Source: Candidatus Peregrinibacteria bacterium (GTDB taxonomy: Bacteria > Patescibacteriota > Gracilibacteria > UBA1369 > PNNO01). From it: 36,691 bases of DNA. The position numbers were made by a program, and so were the translations under genes. Below the pieces are notes generated by a model. The model was not told the origin of the DNA. It ran no database searches and saw only the letters and a list, made by a program, of their open reading frames with translations. The number at the start of each line of letters is the position of its first letter. The stretch's first letter is position 1. The DNA lies in the NCBI GenBank assembly GCA_014728955.1, contig WJKT01000087.1, positions 1 through 36,691 of the forward strand. The letters run 5' to 3'. Positions 23,296 through 32,332 of the stretch are shown in pieces.

Positions 23296-24483
23296 TCATT
23301 TCTTTATCAATGTCGATATCGAACGCTGTATGTCTCCATAGTTACCGCTTTTCGGTAACAAAATATATTGTCCGTTTATGGCTCGTGAAGCGTAAAGTAC
23401 ATTGTCCGTACTAATAACGTTCCCGCTCTCAATTGCATAATTCTGATATCTGCTTAAATAATGTAAAGCTTCAAATACGTCTATGTCAGTCTGCACATAC
23501 TGTTTAACCACACCGTACAAATCGATTGCTTTATCAATATCATCCAGTATATTTAATAATTTTATTTTCACCCGCAGCGCCTGAACAATCTGTTGCTGTC
23601 TTTTACTTCGATCAAAATCGCTTGTGGTTTTTCTGCTCCGGGCATACATGAGCGCCTCTTCTCCCGTCATATGATGCGATCCTTCTTCGACAACATATTC
23701 ACGGTAGCCATTATTTGCCGTTGGGAAATAAGGATCCCGAATTGTTTCGCGAACATATATATCAATACCATCGAGGATATCAATCGTTTGTTTAAATGCT
23801 TCCATATTAAAAACAACATAATGATCGAAAGTTAATCCGGTCACCATGCCAAGATCATGTTTTATTTTTTCTATCCCGTAAGCGGCATAAACGCTATTTA
23901 TTTTCCTCCCGTTAACATACAAATCACGCGGGATACTTACCAGACTTATCGTTTTGTTTTCAGGATTGATAGCGGCAATAATAATAGTATCGGTTAACAA
24001 ATCATGCTCACCAAGAATTAAAACCGTCACTATTTCGTCCGGCTGGTTTGGGATTGAAGCTTCTTGTACAAGCGCGTTGTTTTTTTGTTGCAGCTCATGA
24101 AGCGATTGCTCTTTTTCAGACAAAGTATCCATTAATGAACGTTTTACCTGCGCAAACTGATTGCGCAACGCTTCTTGCTTTTCTTGATCATTTGCAATAG
24201 TTCCCAGAAAAGCTTCTTCAAATCCCGCCAAGGTTTCATGAACAATTCCTCTGTTTTCCACTATATGTTGATAGAGATAATAATTTTCTTCCTTTAGCTG
24301 ACCGATTTCTTCAGCCATAGAATGCAATTGTATATCTTTGTCCCTCACCTGATCGTGGATTGTTCGCATACCCATCCCCAAGCCAACAACGCCGATAACT
24401 AAAGCGACCATTAATCCAGCAACCAAGATGCGAATATTCCTAATGGTGTCCTTATATTGTTCGTGATTTTCAGGCATTTGCAT
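23296..24483 (-). CDS. LytR-CpsA-Psr (LCP) family cell-envelope glycopolymer transferase with an N-terminal TM anchor and coiled coil
   Basis: TM helix ILVAGLMVALVIGVVGLGMG and a coiled-coil region. LCP core: VLILGEHDLLTDTIIIAAINPENKTISLVSIPRDLYV, FDHYVVFNMEAFKQTIDILDGIDIYV, EEALMYARSRKTTSDFDRSKRQQQIV. I prefer start 24483 (or 24477), which overlaps the upstream stop by 8-14 nt. The ORF-track start is 24543. Confidence 0.85.
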   Translation of the reverse strand: MQMPENHEQYKDTIRNIRILVAGLMVALVIGVVGLGMGMRTIHDQVRDKDIQLHSMAEEIGQLKEENYYLYQHIVENRGIVHETLAGFEEAFLGTIANDQEKQEALRNQFAQVKRSLMDTLSEKEQSLHELQQKNNALVQEASIPNQPDEIVTVLILGEHDLLTDTIIIAAINPENKTISLVSIPRDLYVNGRKINSVYAAYGIEKIKHDLGMVTGLTFDHYVVFNMEAFKQTIDILDGIDIYVRETIRDPYFPTANNGYREYVVEEGSHHMTGEEALMYARSRKTTSDFDRSKRQQQIVQALRVKIKLLNILDDIDKAIDLYGVVKQYVQTDIDVFEALHYLSRYQNYAIESGNVISTDNVLYASRAINGQYILLPKSGNYGDIQRSISTLIKK

Positions 24484-26995
24484 TAAGGTCAATACCAATA
24501 CGGGCCGATATCTCTTGATCAACAAATTCACGTTTTCGGCCATACTTCATGCTTGAATATTGTTTTACAATTTCAGCAACTTTTTTATTTTGTTTTGATG
24601 TGTCCCAGATAGTTTCAAGTGAAAACGGTCTTGAGGTGGTGTTATTAATATTCAATTTTATATATGCTTTATAATTGGCAATACCAAGAACATCGGCTTC
24701 CGTAAGTACCGGTGCATACTCTTTTGCCATGTACTGAGCATCGTCCGCACCCACTTTAAAGGACATCATCGTTCCCACGTTACCAAAAACCGCATCTCTT
24801 ATGGACGTATCCTGTTTCTTTTCGAGCTGCTTAATATATTGATGCGCCATAATTAAGGCAAGACGATATTTACGCGCCTCGGATAGAATCGAACAGAAAC
24901 TGTCCGTAGCAAAATTCTGGAACTCATCCACATATAGATAAAAATCTTTACGTTGATCTTCCGGCATATCCGCCCTACTCATTGCCGCCATCTGAATCCG
25001 AGCCACAACAACCAGTCCCAGCAGCTGCGTATTAAGATCTCCTATTTTACCTTTGGAAAGATTAATTAATAAAATTTTACCCGTATCCATCACTTCCCTA
25101 AAATTAAACGCTGATTTTGTTTGTCCGATAGTATTACGCATAATGGAGTTGGTAATAAACGGCCCAAACTTTGATGAAAAATACGGAATCATTTCCTGAC
25201 GTTCACGTTCACCCGTATGCGCATATTCATGTTCCCAGAATGATCGAACAACCGGATTACGCACTTTGGCAACTTTATATTTCATGAAATCGTTGTCGAC
25301 AAAAATACGAGGCACATCGATAAGCGTTGCGCCTTCTTCTTTGTCTTCCATTAAGGTTAAACATGCATTTCTAAAATAGTGCTGAATCCGCGGTCCAAAA
25401 ATCTCATCACCAAACAGTTTAATAAAAATTTCCGTTGCCTGGCTGGATGCAAGATCCTGCTCTTCCGCCGTTTTTGCTTCAAGGATATTCAATCCCATTG
25501 GCCGTTCCTGATCTGCCGGATTAAAGACAATAACATCTTTTGCTCGCTCTTTCGGTACATAGGTCAACACATCTTCAACCAAATCACCATGAGGATCAAC
25601 AACACACACCCCTTCTCCATTCCAAATATCCTGACGCGCCATAAAACTGATGAATGCCGATTTACCTGCACCCGACTTTCCTATGATGTATTGATGTCTT
25701 GTCCGATCATCCTTCATAATGCGTACTTTTCGTTTTACTCCACGATAAACATTGTCACCGAGATAAACACCTTCTTCGGGAAGATCAACCGGTGCCGGCA
25801 CCACTTTATATTTTAACCATCGAATGGTTGGCGTGTAATTATATCTGCTGCTCGGGAAATGAAACATTCCCGCCAATTCTTCGGGAACAAGCAGTGAGCT
25901 TTTTTCCCAAATAAATGGAATAAGTCTAAATGCCTGCAATCTATGCTTAAATGTATGCATCAACAGCTTATCGTTGATTGAATCTATCATAATCATACGC
26001 CGTGTCTGGAACCAGTTTGCCGCAGCGCTTTTAAAGAGATTTAACGCCAAGATCATATTGTTTGCAATATCATAGGCTCGTTTTTCCGTAGGAGAGGTTG
26101 CAACAATACGAACAATCGTATCGAACCCAACCTGGTTTGCCTTTTCACCGATTTGCTTGGCAACCTCCTCTTTAGTTTGCAGCATACGAACGTACTGACT
26201 TCCTTCGGGGGCACCCGTATTAATATCTTTTTTTACTTTATCATAGCCAAAGATTAATGCTTTGAAAGCGGTAAAAATCCATCCCAAAACAGGGATTTTC
26301 GCAAGAGCTCCTTTATCGCCTTTCCCCAAGAACAATTTTGTACCCACCCGTTCAGCTTTTTTTCTCCATCTATCCGATCGCGGACTTACTACAAACTGAA
26401 AGACTGCTCTATCATGATCCTCAAGTTTTGATAAAACATTCGTTAAATCGTTGAGCGGATCATTCTCTATTTTCTTATAGGTCTTGATAGGATATGCATG
26501 GCCACGAGCCAGATACGCATAGTGTGAACGAATTTTATGTCCTTGTGGTAATACTTCATAGGGTTTTGTAAATTGAATATCGGCATTCGGATAGTACGCG
26601 GTAATTTGCTTCTCAATAAGATCTTTAAAGTGCGGATACGTTACGACATAAAAATCAACCTGCTTATTCATAGCAACCATTTCAAAAGAAACTACGTCCA
26701 GATTGAAAATCAGATTACGAATTCGGTATCCGAGCGAAAGTTCACGTATTTCATGAATATTACGATAAAACTGATCCATGACGCCGATTTTTTCACGAAA
26801 ATCTTTTTCGACCTGCTTTTCTTTATCTTTTTGAGTATCGGCACGTGGCATGGTAACCCGCATATAGATAAGCTTTTTTGTTCTTCGAAGTGCTACTAAA
26901 TAGCGAAATAATGCAAGCACATACTTAAAACCAAACCAGCCAATAATAATGGCTATTGCCCACCATACAACGTTCTTTAACAATTCCTCCCACAT
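24470..26995 (-). CDS. TraD/VirD4/HerA-like P-loop NTPase (type IV coupling-protein-like) with an N-terminal membrane anchor
   Basis: 841 aa with an N-terminal TM helix (VVWWAIAIIIGWFGFKYVLALF). Walker A is IIGKSGAGKSAF followed by VVDPHGDL. Walker B/TraG-D_C-like is FYLYVDEFQNFATDSF...ARKYRLALIMAHQY. No other T4SS component is present in the window. Confidence 0.85.
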   Translation of the reverse strand: MWEELLKNVVWWAIAIIIGWFGFKYVLALFRYLVALRRTKKLIYMRVTMPRADTQKDKEKQVEKDFREKIGVMDQFYRNIHEIRELSLGYRIRNLIFNLDVVSFEMVAMNKQVDFYVVTYPHFKDLIEKQITAYYPNADIQFTKPYEVLPQGHKIRSHYAYLARGHAYPIKTYKKIENDPLNDLTNVLSKLEDHDRAVFQFVVSPRSDRWRKKAERVGTKLFLGKGDKGALAKIPVLGWIFTAFKALIFGYDKVKKDINTGAPEGSQYVRMLQTKEEVAKQIGEKANQVGFDTIVRIVATSPTEKRAYDIANNMILALNLFKSAAANWFQTRRMIMIDSINDKLLMHTFKHRLQAFRLIPFIWEKSSLLVPEELAGMFHFPSSRYNYTPTIRWLKYKVVPAPVDLPEEGVYLGDNVYRGVKRKVRIMKDDRTRHQYIIGKSGAGKSAFISFMARQDIWNGEGVCVVDPHGDLVEDVLTYVPKERAKDVIVFNPADQERPMGLNILEAKTAEEQDLASSQATEIFIKLFGDEIFGPRIQHYFRNACLTLMEDKEEGATLIDVPRIFVDNDFMKYKVAKVRNPVVRSFWEHEYAHTGERERQEMIPYFSSKFGPFITNSIMRNTIGQTKSAFNFREVMDTGKILLINLSKGKIGDLNTQLLGLVVVARIQMAAMSRADMPEDQRKDFYLYVDEFQNFATDSFCSILSEARKYRLALIMAHQYIKQLEKKQDTSIRDAVFGNVGTMMSFKVGADDAQYMAKEYAPVLTEADVLGIANYKAYIKLNINNTTSRPFSLETIWDTSKQNKKVAEIVKQYSSMKYGRKREFVDQEISARIGIDLNANA

Positions 26996-27027
26996 GAGCG
27001 TTTATTTATTTATTTTTATTTCTTAAT

Positions 27028-27056
27028 ATTTTAGCACAAATAAGCCAATTATACAA
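27028..27056 (-). promoter_or_regulatory. Putative extended -10 promoter for the 26995-22643 minus-strand operon
   Basis: On the minus strand: -35 TTGTAT (27051-27056), 17-nt spacer, TGcTAAAAT (27028-27036). It lies ~33 nt upstream of the ATG at 26995. Confidence 0.35.
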
Positions 27057-27093
27057 TTGCGTAACCTTGATATATTGTTAAGACGTTTTCTGG

Positions 27094-28491
27094 TTATTGA
27101 GAGAGTTTTTCCGCCATATAATCAGCCAGCGTATCCAGTGAAATGCGTTCTTGTTTTGTTGTATCTCTATCACGTACCGTAACAGCATTATCTTCAAGCG
27201 TATCAAAATCTATCGTAATAGCGTACGGGGTACCAATTTCATCATGTCTTCTATACCGCTTTCCGATACTTCCGGTACTATCATAATCCAACACGATCGT
27301 ATCATTGAGCATATCAAATACTTCTTCCGATTTTTTGAGCAGTTCCGGCTTTTTCATCAACGGCAATACTGCAGCCTTAAAGGGAGCAACCGCAGGCTTA
27401 AATCGTAAAACCGTTCTGGTTTCCTTATTTCCTTTTGCATCTTCTATTTCTTCTTCAGTGTAAGCATCAAGTAAAACCATAAGCAGGGTACGGCTTAAGC
27501 CAAATGTAGGTTCAATAACATGAGGTATGAATTTTTCACCCGATTGCTGATCAAAATACGTTAAATCCTGTCCACTTTTTTCCATATGATTACGTAAATC
27601 AAAATCGGTTCTATATGCCAACCCATATAACTCCTTCCATCCAAACGGTGTATTGTACTCAATATCAACAGTTCGTTTTGAGTAATGGGACAATTCATCC
27701 TGCGTATGCTCGCGAACTCGCGTATTTTTACGACTAATTCCTACAACATCAAGCCATTTATTCATTTCTTCAAGCCAATAATCATACTTCTTTTTCCATT
27801 GATCTTCCGGCACAAAATATTCAAATTCCATCAAATCAAATTCTAATGTTCTAAAAATAAAATTACCCGGTGTTATTTCGTTTCTAAAAGCTTTTCCTGC
27901 CGATGCAATACCAAACGGCAATTTTTTCCGTGTCGTATTCAATACATTTTTAAAGTTTACAAACATACCCTGTGCTATTTCTCCACGAAGATAGACCGGC
28001 TCATTATCTTGTGCCGTTGGTCCGATATGTGTTTGAAACAATAAATTAAACGTACGAACATCAGTAAAGTTTTTTGAACCGCAGTCTGGACAGGGTATAT
28101 CGTTTTCTTGGATAATCTTCGTTAAATCTTCAGGAGAAAGTCCTTCAACTTTAATATCATGTAATGCATCTTCAATGAGGTGATCGGCACGATGTCTTTT
28201 TTTACATTGTTTACAATCAATTTGAGCATCATTGAAATTGGAAACATGCCCGGAAGCCTCCCACACGCGAGGATTCATGAAAATTGCCGCATCAATACCG
28301 ACAACATCACGACGCTTATGTACAAAAAACTTCCACCATTCTTGAAAAATATTATTTTTAAGCTCGGTTCCAAGAGGCCCCAAATCCCATGTATTGGCGA
28401 GACCACCATAAATTTCCGAACCCTGAAAAACAAATCCTCTTCGTTTACAAAGCGAAACAACCTTTTCCATTAAATCGACATTATTATTCAT
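27094..28491 (-). CDS. glyQS: Glycyl-tRNA synthetase (class II, dimeric GlyQS type)
   Basis: MEKVVSLCKRRGFVFQGSEIYGGLANTWDLGPLG, FRNEITPGNFIFRTLEFDLMEFEYF, EPTFGLSRT and the C-terminal anticodon-binding domain are canonical. I chose start 28491; alternatives are 28509 and 28470. Confidence 0.93.
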   Translation of the reverse strand: MNNNVDLMEKVVSLCKRRGFVFQGSEIYGGLANTWDLGPLGTELKNNIFQEWWKFFVHKRRDVVGIDAAIFMNPRVWEASGHVSNFNDAQIDCKQCKKRHRADHLIEDALHDIKVEGLSPEDLTKIIQENDIPCPDCGSKNFTDVRTFNLLFQTHIGPTAQDNEPVYLRGEIAQGMFVNFKNVLNTTRKKLPFGIASAGKAFRNEITPGNFIFRTLEFDLMEFEYFVPEDQWKKKYDYWLEEMNKWLDVVGISRKNTRVREHTQDELSHYSKRTVDIEYNTPFGWKELYGLAYRTDFDLRNHMEKSGQDLTYFDQQSGEKFIPHVIEPTFGLSRTLLMVLLDAYTEEEIEDAKGNKETRTVLRFKPAVAPFKAAVLPLMKKPELLKKSEEVFDMLNDTIVLDYDSTGSIGKRYRRHDEIGTPYAITIDFDTLEDNAVTVRDRDTTKQERISLDTLADYMAEKLSQ

Positions 28492-28544
28492 AGAACTATG
28501 GTAAATCAATAAATATATTCGCTAGTTATCCTAGCAGATTATCC

Positions 28545-28982
28545 TTAAGATTCAATCATAAAGGTGACAGGCCCGTCATTTACAAGGTGTACGTCCATCA
28601 TTGCACCAAACTCACCCGATTGAACATTTGGAACTATCATCCGACACTGTTCAATAAAAAAATCATATAACTGCTGAGCTTTTTCTGGAGTTGCCGCATG
28701 AGAAAAATCCGGTCTTCTCCCCTTTTTCGTTGAACCACACAAGGTAAATTGTGAAACAATTAAAAGAGCTCCTTTCGCATTCTGCAGTGAAACATCCATT
28801 GACGTCCGCTCCGAAGGAAACACACGAAGCTGTGTTATTTTTTTAATAAGAAAAGTGGCATCTTCGCGAGTATCACCCTTTTCCACACCCAGAAAAACAA
28901 GCAATCCGGTATTAATCTTTCCTACCGTTTTTCCGTCAATGGTTACCGATGCCTTGCTGACACGTTGGATAAGGGCTTTCAT
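28545..28982 (-). CDS. dtd: D-aminoacyl-tRNA deacylase
   Basis: MKALIQRVSKASVTIDGKTVGKINTGLLVFLGVEKGD, SQFTLCGSTKKGRRPDF and GEFGAMMDVHLVNDGPVTF are canonical Dtd motifs. Confidence 0.93.
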   Translation of the reverse strand: MKALIQRVSKASVTIDGKTVGKINTGLLVFLGVEKGDTREDATFLIKKITQLRVFPSERTSMDVSLQNAKGALLIVSQFTLCGSTKKGRRPDFSHAATPEKAQQLYDFFIEQCRMIVPNVQSGEFGAMMDVHLVNDGPVTFMIES

Positions 28983-29264
28983 TTAGGACTGTTTAGGGTC
29001 ATTTTGCGTAGCTTGTTCACTTTTTTTGTTCTTTAAATCCAACACGGCATTTGAAAGAATTTTCAAAAAGCTTTCCGCTGTATTGTGACTTATGTTTACA
29101 CGACTGGCAACTTTTATGGTTGTTGGCTTTACATTGGGAATAATATAGCCGAAATCCAACACCATTTCATTTTTATTCACATGAACGGAAACAGCATTAC
29201 TATAGACACCCGCTTCCTGTGTTTGATCCATTTTAACCTGCACTTTTTTCTTATCTTGATTCAT
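28983..29264 (-). CDS. DUF3467-like small protein
   Basis: 93 aa. GVYSNAVSVHVNKNEMVLDFGYI resembles the DUF3467 core (Y.N...v.....EfvlDF). Its stop codon directly abuts the dtd start (28983/28982). Confidence 0.65.
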   Translation of the reverse strand: MNQDKKKVQVKMDQTQEAGVYSNAVSVHVNKNEMVLDFGYIIPNVKPTTIKVASRVNISHNTAESFLKILSNAVLDLKNKKSEQATQNDPKQS

Positions 29265-29311
29265 AAAAACAGTGATTAATAAAGTAAAGAAGTAGTGTGA
29301 TTATACCAAGG

Positions 29312-30328
29312 TTATTGCTTTCGAGCCAATTGCCCGCACGCCGCATCAATATCCTGCCCCAAACTAACACGCTTTGTCACCTGAATGCCGTTTGATTCCA
29401 AAATACTTTTAAACGTGTTGATACGTTTTGAGGACGAGCCCTGTATTTTCTTAATCGCCGTTTCGTTATATGGAATCAGATTCACCAAACACAGCATCCC
29501 CCGTAATAGCCGTGCAAGCTCATGAGCCTCTTTCTCTCCATCGTTAATGTCATGAAGCATAACATATTCAAATGTAATGCGACGGTGTGTTTTTTCGGTA
29601 TATTCACGACATGCATCCATAAGGTTTTCGAGCGGAAATTGTTTTGAAACAGGCATAATAGTGTTACGAATACGATCATTCGGGGCATGAAGACTTACCG
29701 CAAGATTCACCTGCTGAAAGTCATTGGAAAACCGTTTTATTTCGGGAACAATTCCGCACGTTGAAACCGTAATATTACGCGAACCAATATGCAGGGCGGT
29801 TTTGTCACGAAGCAAATCTATCGACTTTTCAACCTGTTTATAATTCAGCAACGGTTCTCCCATCCCCATATACACAACATGATTTACTCTCTGACCTTCT
29901 TTCTTCATTTTTACAGCAAAATATAATACTTGATCTGCAATTTCTTCATACGTAAGATTTCTTTTAAATTTCAAGGTTCCCGTAGCACAAAAACGACAGT
30001 TCATAGCACATCCCACTTGACTGGAAACACATACCGTATTTCTTCCATCTTCAAAACGCATCAAAACCGCTTCTATAGTATTCCCGTCCTCCAAAGTAAA
30101 AAGAACTTTATGTGTATTCCCATTATCTGAATTATTTTCCGTATGCGGCACAATGGAATAAATGGGAACGTTCTCTTTAACAAAATCTTTCACATACGCG
30201 GGCAACGTTGTCATTTCATCGTAGGTGTCGATCCCATTATGAAATACATCTTTAAAAATTTGATTAGCTCTGTATTCGGCTATTCCATGTTCTTTTAATT
30301 GTTTTTTCACTATTCCCAGAAATTTCAT
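29312..30328 (-). CDS. rlmN: 23S rRNA/tRNA (adenine-C2)-methyltransferase, radical SAM
   Basis: EYRANQIFKDVF, the radical-SAM cluster motif VGCAMNCRFCATG, MGMGEPLLN, and the catalytic Cys in IDAACGQL near the C-terminus. I prefer start 30328 (MKFLGIV...); the ORF-track start is 30358. Confidence 0.92.
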   Translation of the reverse strand: MKFLGIVKKQLKEHGIAEYRANQIFKDVFHNGIDTYDEMTTLPAYVKDFVKENVPIYSIVPHTENNSDNGNTHKVLFTLEDGNTIEAVLMRFEDGRNTVCVSSQVGCAMNCRFCATGTLKFKRNLTYEEIADQVLYFAVKMKKEGQRVNHVVYMGMGEPLLNYKQVEKSIDLLRDKTALHIGSRNITVSTCGIVPEIKRFSNDFQQVNLAVSLHAPNDRIRNTIMPVSKQFPLENLMDACREYTEKTHRRITFEYVMLHDINDGEKEAHELARLLRGMLCLVNLIPYNETAIKKIQGSSSKRINTFKSILESNGIQVTKRVSLGQDIDAACGQLARKQ

Positions 30329-30408
30329 ATAATGCTGTTGTTGATAACTATACAGCACAATTTTACCCTTATTTTTGTTTTTTTAAAGGGGAAATCCAGT
30401 GAGCCCGT

Positions 30409-30417
30409 TGCTATAAT
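30409..30417 (+). promoter_or_regulatory. Putative extended -10 element upstream of the OmpR-like gene
   Basis: TGcTATAAT (30409-30417), identical to the elements at 13373-13381 (+) and 33293-33301 (-). There is no convincing -35. It lies 46 nt upstream of ATG 30463. Confidence 0.4.
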
Positions 30418-30462
30418 TTTCTTATTCCCTTTATGCTATACGTACTGTAAAGCCACCCTGTT

Positions 30463-31134
30463 ATGTACGCTCTCATTCTCTCGGACAACGTACTAACCTC
30501 AAGTTTTTTAAGTCGCGGACTTAAATATGAAAACGTGTACTCACTTCCCGTTTCTTTCCATCACTTCCAACCATCTTCCATTAATGTTAATGATTTTGAT
30601 TGTGCCGTTATAAAGCTTGATGTTGTTACACAAACCCATCATAGTTTACTTCAAAAAATCTTACTGTTTTTAAAAAACAAGCCCGTATATCTTATTAAGC
30701 GAAACAATCTTTCGTTGTCATTGCAGCACGAGAATATTATTGAAACAACCGAAGCAACAACTATGCGACAATTGGCATATGATATGAAAAATCGACTCGA
30801 TGGATTTATACGCAAACATGCTGAAAAGACATTGCAGGTTTCCGATCTTCTTCTCTATCCACATAAACGATCGGCATATCGTTTTGAACATAAAATCGCG
30901 TTACGCAATAAAGAATTTCATTTACTGGAATTTTTAATGCGTAATACCAATATGGTGTTAAGCCGCCAAAAAATTTTGGAACATGTCTGGGATAGAAACG
31001 CCAGATTGTTTACCAACACCGTTGACGTACATATTAATATATTGAGAAAAAAACTTGACTACAAAGACGGATTTAAGCTTATTGAAACCATTCATTGCCA
31101 TGGCTATTTTATGCATCCCACACCGTTTGCATAA
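30463..31134 (+). CDS. OmpR/PhoB-type winged-helix transcription regulator with a degenerate receiver-like N-terminal domain
   Basis: C-terminal Trans_reg_C pattern (LQVSDLLLYPHKRSAYRFEHKIALRNKEFHLLEFLMRNTNMVLSRQKILEHVWD...TNTVDVHINILRKKLD...IETIHCHGY). The N-terminal ~110 aa have a receiver-like layout but lack the paired acidic pocket and a clear T/S and K-P. Confidence 0.8.
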   Translation: MYALILSDNVLTSSFLSRGLKYENVYSLPVSFHHFQPSSINVNDFDCAVIKLDVVTQTHHSLLQKILLFLKNKPVYLIKRNNLSLSLQHENIIETTEATTMRQLAYDMKNRLDGFIRKHAEKTLQVSDLLLYPHKRSAYRFEHKIALRNKEFHLLEFLMRNTNMVLSRQKILEHVWDRNARLFTNTVDVHINILRKKLDYKDGFKLIETIHCHGYFMHPTPFA

Positions 31135-31258
31135 AATTAGAACCAAAAATCGTCATAAGTAAACCCCATTTACTTTTCCTCAATTCATGTTGAGAATATA
31201 ATGAGGTGGATCTTTCAGATTTGATATAAATTAATTATATTTTTTAATTTCAGTGCAT

Positions 31259-32323
31259 ATGGATTCGTCTCAGACGCCTGTAAAAACCTTTCAAAAAGCC
31301 CAAAGCATAGTACAGGATCTTTTGATTTTATTATCACAAAAAGAAAAACATGTAATACGAAGACGATTCAATTTGGATAATACCTCGCGAGCTACTTTGG
31401 AAGAAATCGGGAAACATTTTAATGTAACCAGAGAACGAATCCGCCAGATAGAAAAAAATGCTTTAAGTAAATTACAACGTAATGTCGATAATACCGAATT
31501 ACGCCTCATTAATGAATTTATTAAAGAAATCCTTAAGGAAAAAGGCGGCGTTATGACAGAAGAAAATCTCTTTTCGGCGCTTATACATATTCTTAAGAAA
31601 AACGATGTAGAGGTGAATAAAAACGCCATCAATTTGTCGTTAACGCTTGATAAAGATTTGAAACGCGTTCCAAATACTATTACGTATCATCCTCATGTTA
31701 AATTTACGTCAATTGACCAATCATTCATTAAAGACGTAACGAAAAAAACGAATAAAATTTTATCAAAAAAAAGTGATGTCGTTTCTCACAGTAAAATTTT
31801 TGACGAAATAAAAAAACACATTAAAGAGGTACAACCAAGTCAACTTAATCAAATTATTTCAATCTTTACACTCGATAAACGTTTAAAACTGGTTGATAGT
31901 GGTGTTGGCCTTGCAAAATGGCGTCATATTAACCCGCGAACACTGCGTGATAAGATTTTTTATGTTCTTTCTCGACATAAAAAACCACTTCATTTTGTTG
32001 ATATTGTTAATAAAATTACCGAGCTTAGTTTTGACAATAAGCGAATTAACCTGCAGGCGGTTCATAACGAACTTATCCGGCACAATCAATTTGTTCTCAT
32101 CGGACGAGGAATTTATGCTTTAAAAGATTGGGGATTTAAAGAAGGAACCGTTGCCGATATTATTGAAGATGTGCTTGAAGACGGCAAACCAAAATCACAG
32201 GATGCTATTGTAAAAGAAGTACTCAAACAGCGACAGGTAAAGAAAATCACTATTATTCTCAATTTAAAAAACAAGCCTCAATTCGAACGAATCGGGCGTG
32301 AACAATACAAGCTGAAGAAATAA
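31259..32323 (+). CDS. Sigma-70 region-4-like HTH protein with C-terminal HARE-HTH (RNAP delta-N-like) domain(s)
   Basis: KEKHVIRRRFNLDNTSRATLEEIGKHFNVTRERIRQIEKNALSKL is a sigma-70 region 4.2 signature, and no region 2 is visible. LRDKIFYVLSRHKKPLHFVDIVNKITEL...LIRHNQFVLIGRGIYALKDWG resembles a HARE-HTH domain. I prefer ATG 31259 over GTG 31253. Confidence 0.75.
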   Translation: MDSSQTPVKTFQKAQSIVQDLLILLSQKEKHVIRRRFNLDNTSRATLEEIGKHFNVTRERIRQIEKNALSKLQRNVDNTELRLINEFIKEILKEKGGVMTEENLFSALIHILKKNDVEVNKNAINLSLTLDKDLKRVPNTITYHPHVKFTSIDQSFIKDVTKKTNKILSKKSDVVSHSKIFDEIKKHIKEVQPSQLNQIISIFTLDKRLKLVDSGVGLAKWRHINPRTLRDKIFYVLSRHKKPLHFVDIVNKITELSFDNKRINLQAVHNELIRHNQFVLIGRGIYALKDWGFKEGTVADIIEDVLEDGKPKSQDAIVKEVLKQRQVKKITIILNLKNKPQFERIGREQYKLKK

Positions 32324-32332
32324 CATCTCTTA

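Noticed and set aside
24470-26995. Conjugative element or type IV secretion locus.
   Set aside because: Only a coupling-protein-like ATPase is present. No relaxase, VirB4/VirB6/VirB10, pilin or oriT-like repeat is seen in the flanking 10 kb.
27001-27022. (TTTA)n-like microsatellite, GTTTATTTATTTATTTTTATTTC, directly upstream (minus strand) of the TraD-like start codon, considered as a phase-variation tract.
   Set aside because: It has only about 3-4 imperfect units and lies in the untranslated leader rather than between promoter elements or in a coding frame. Such runs are expected in AT-rich intergenic DNA.
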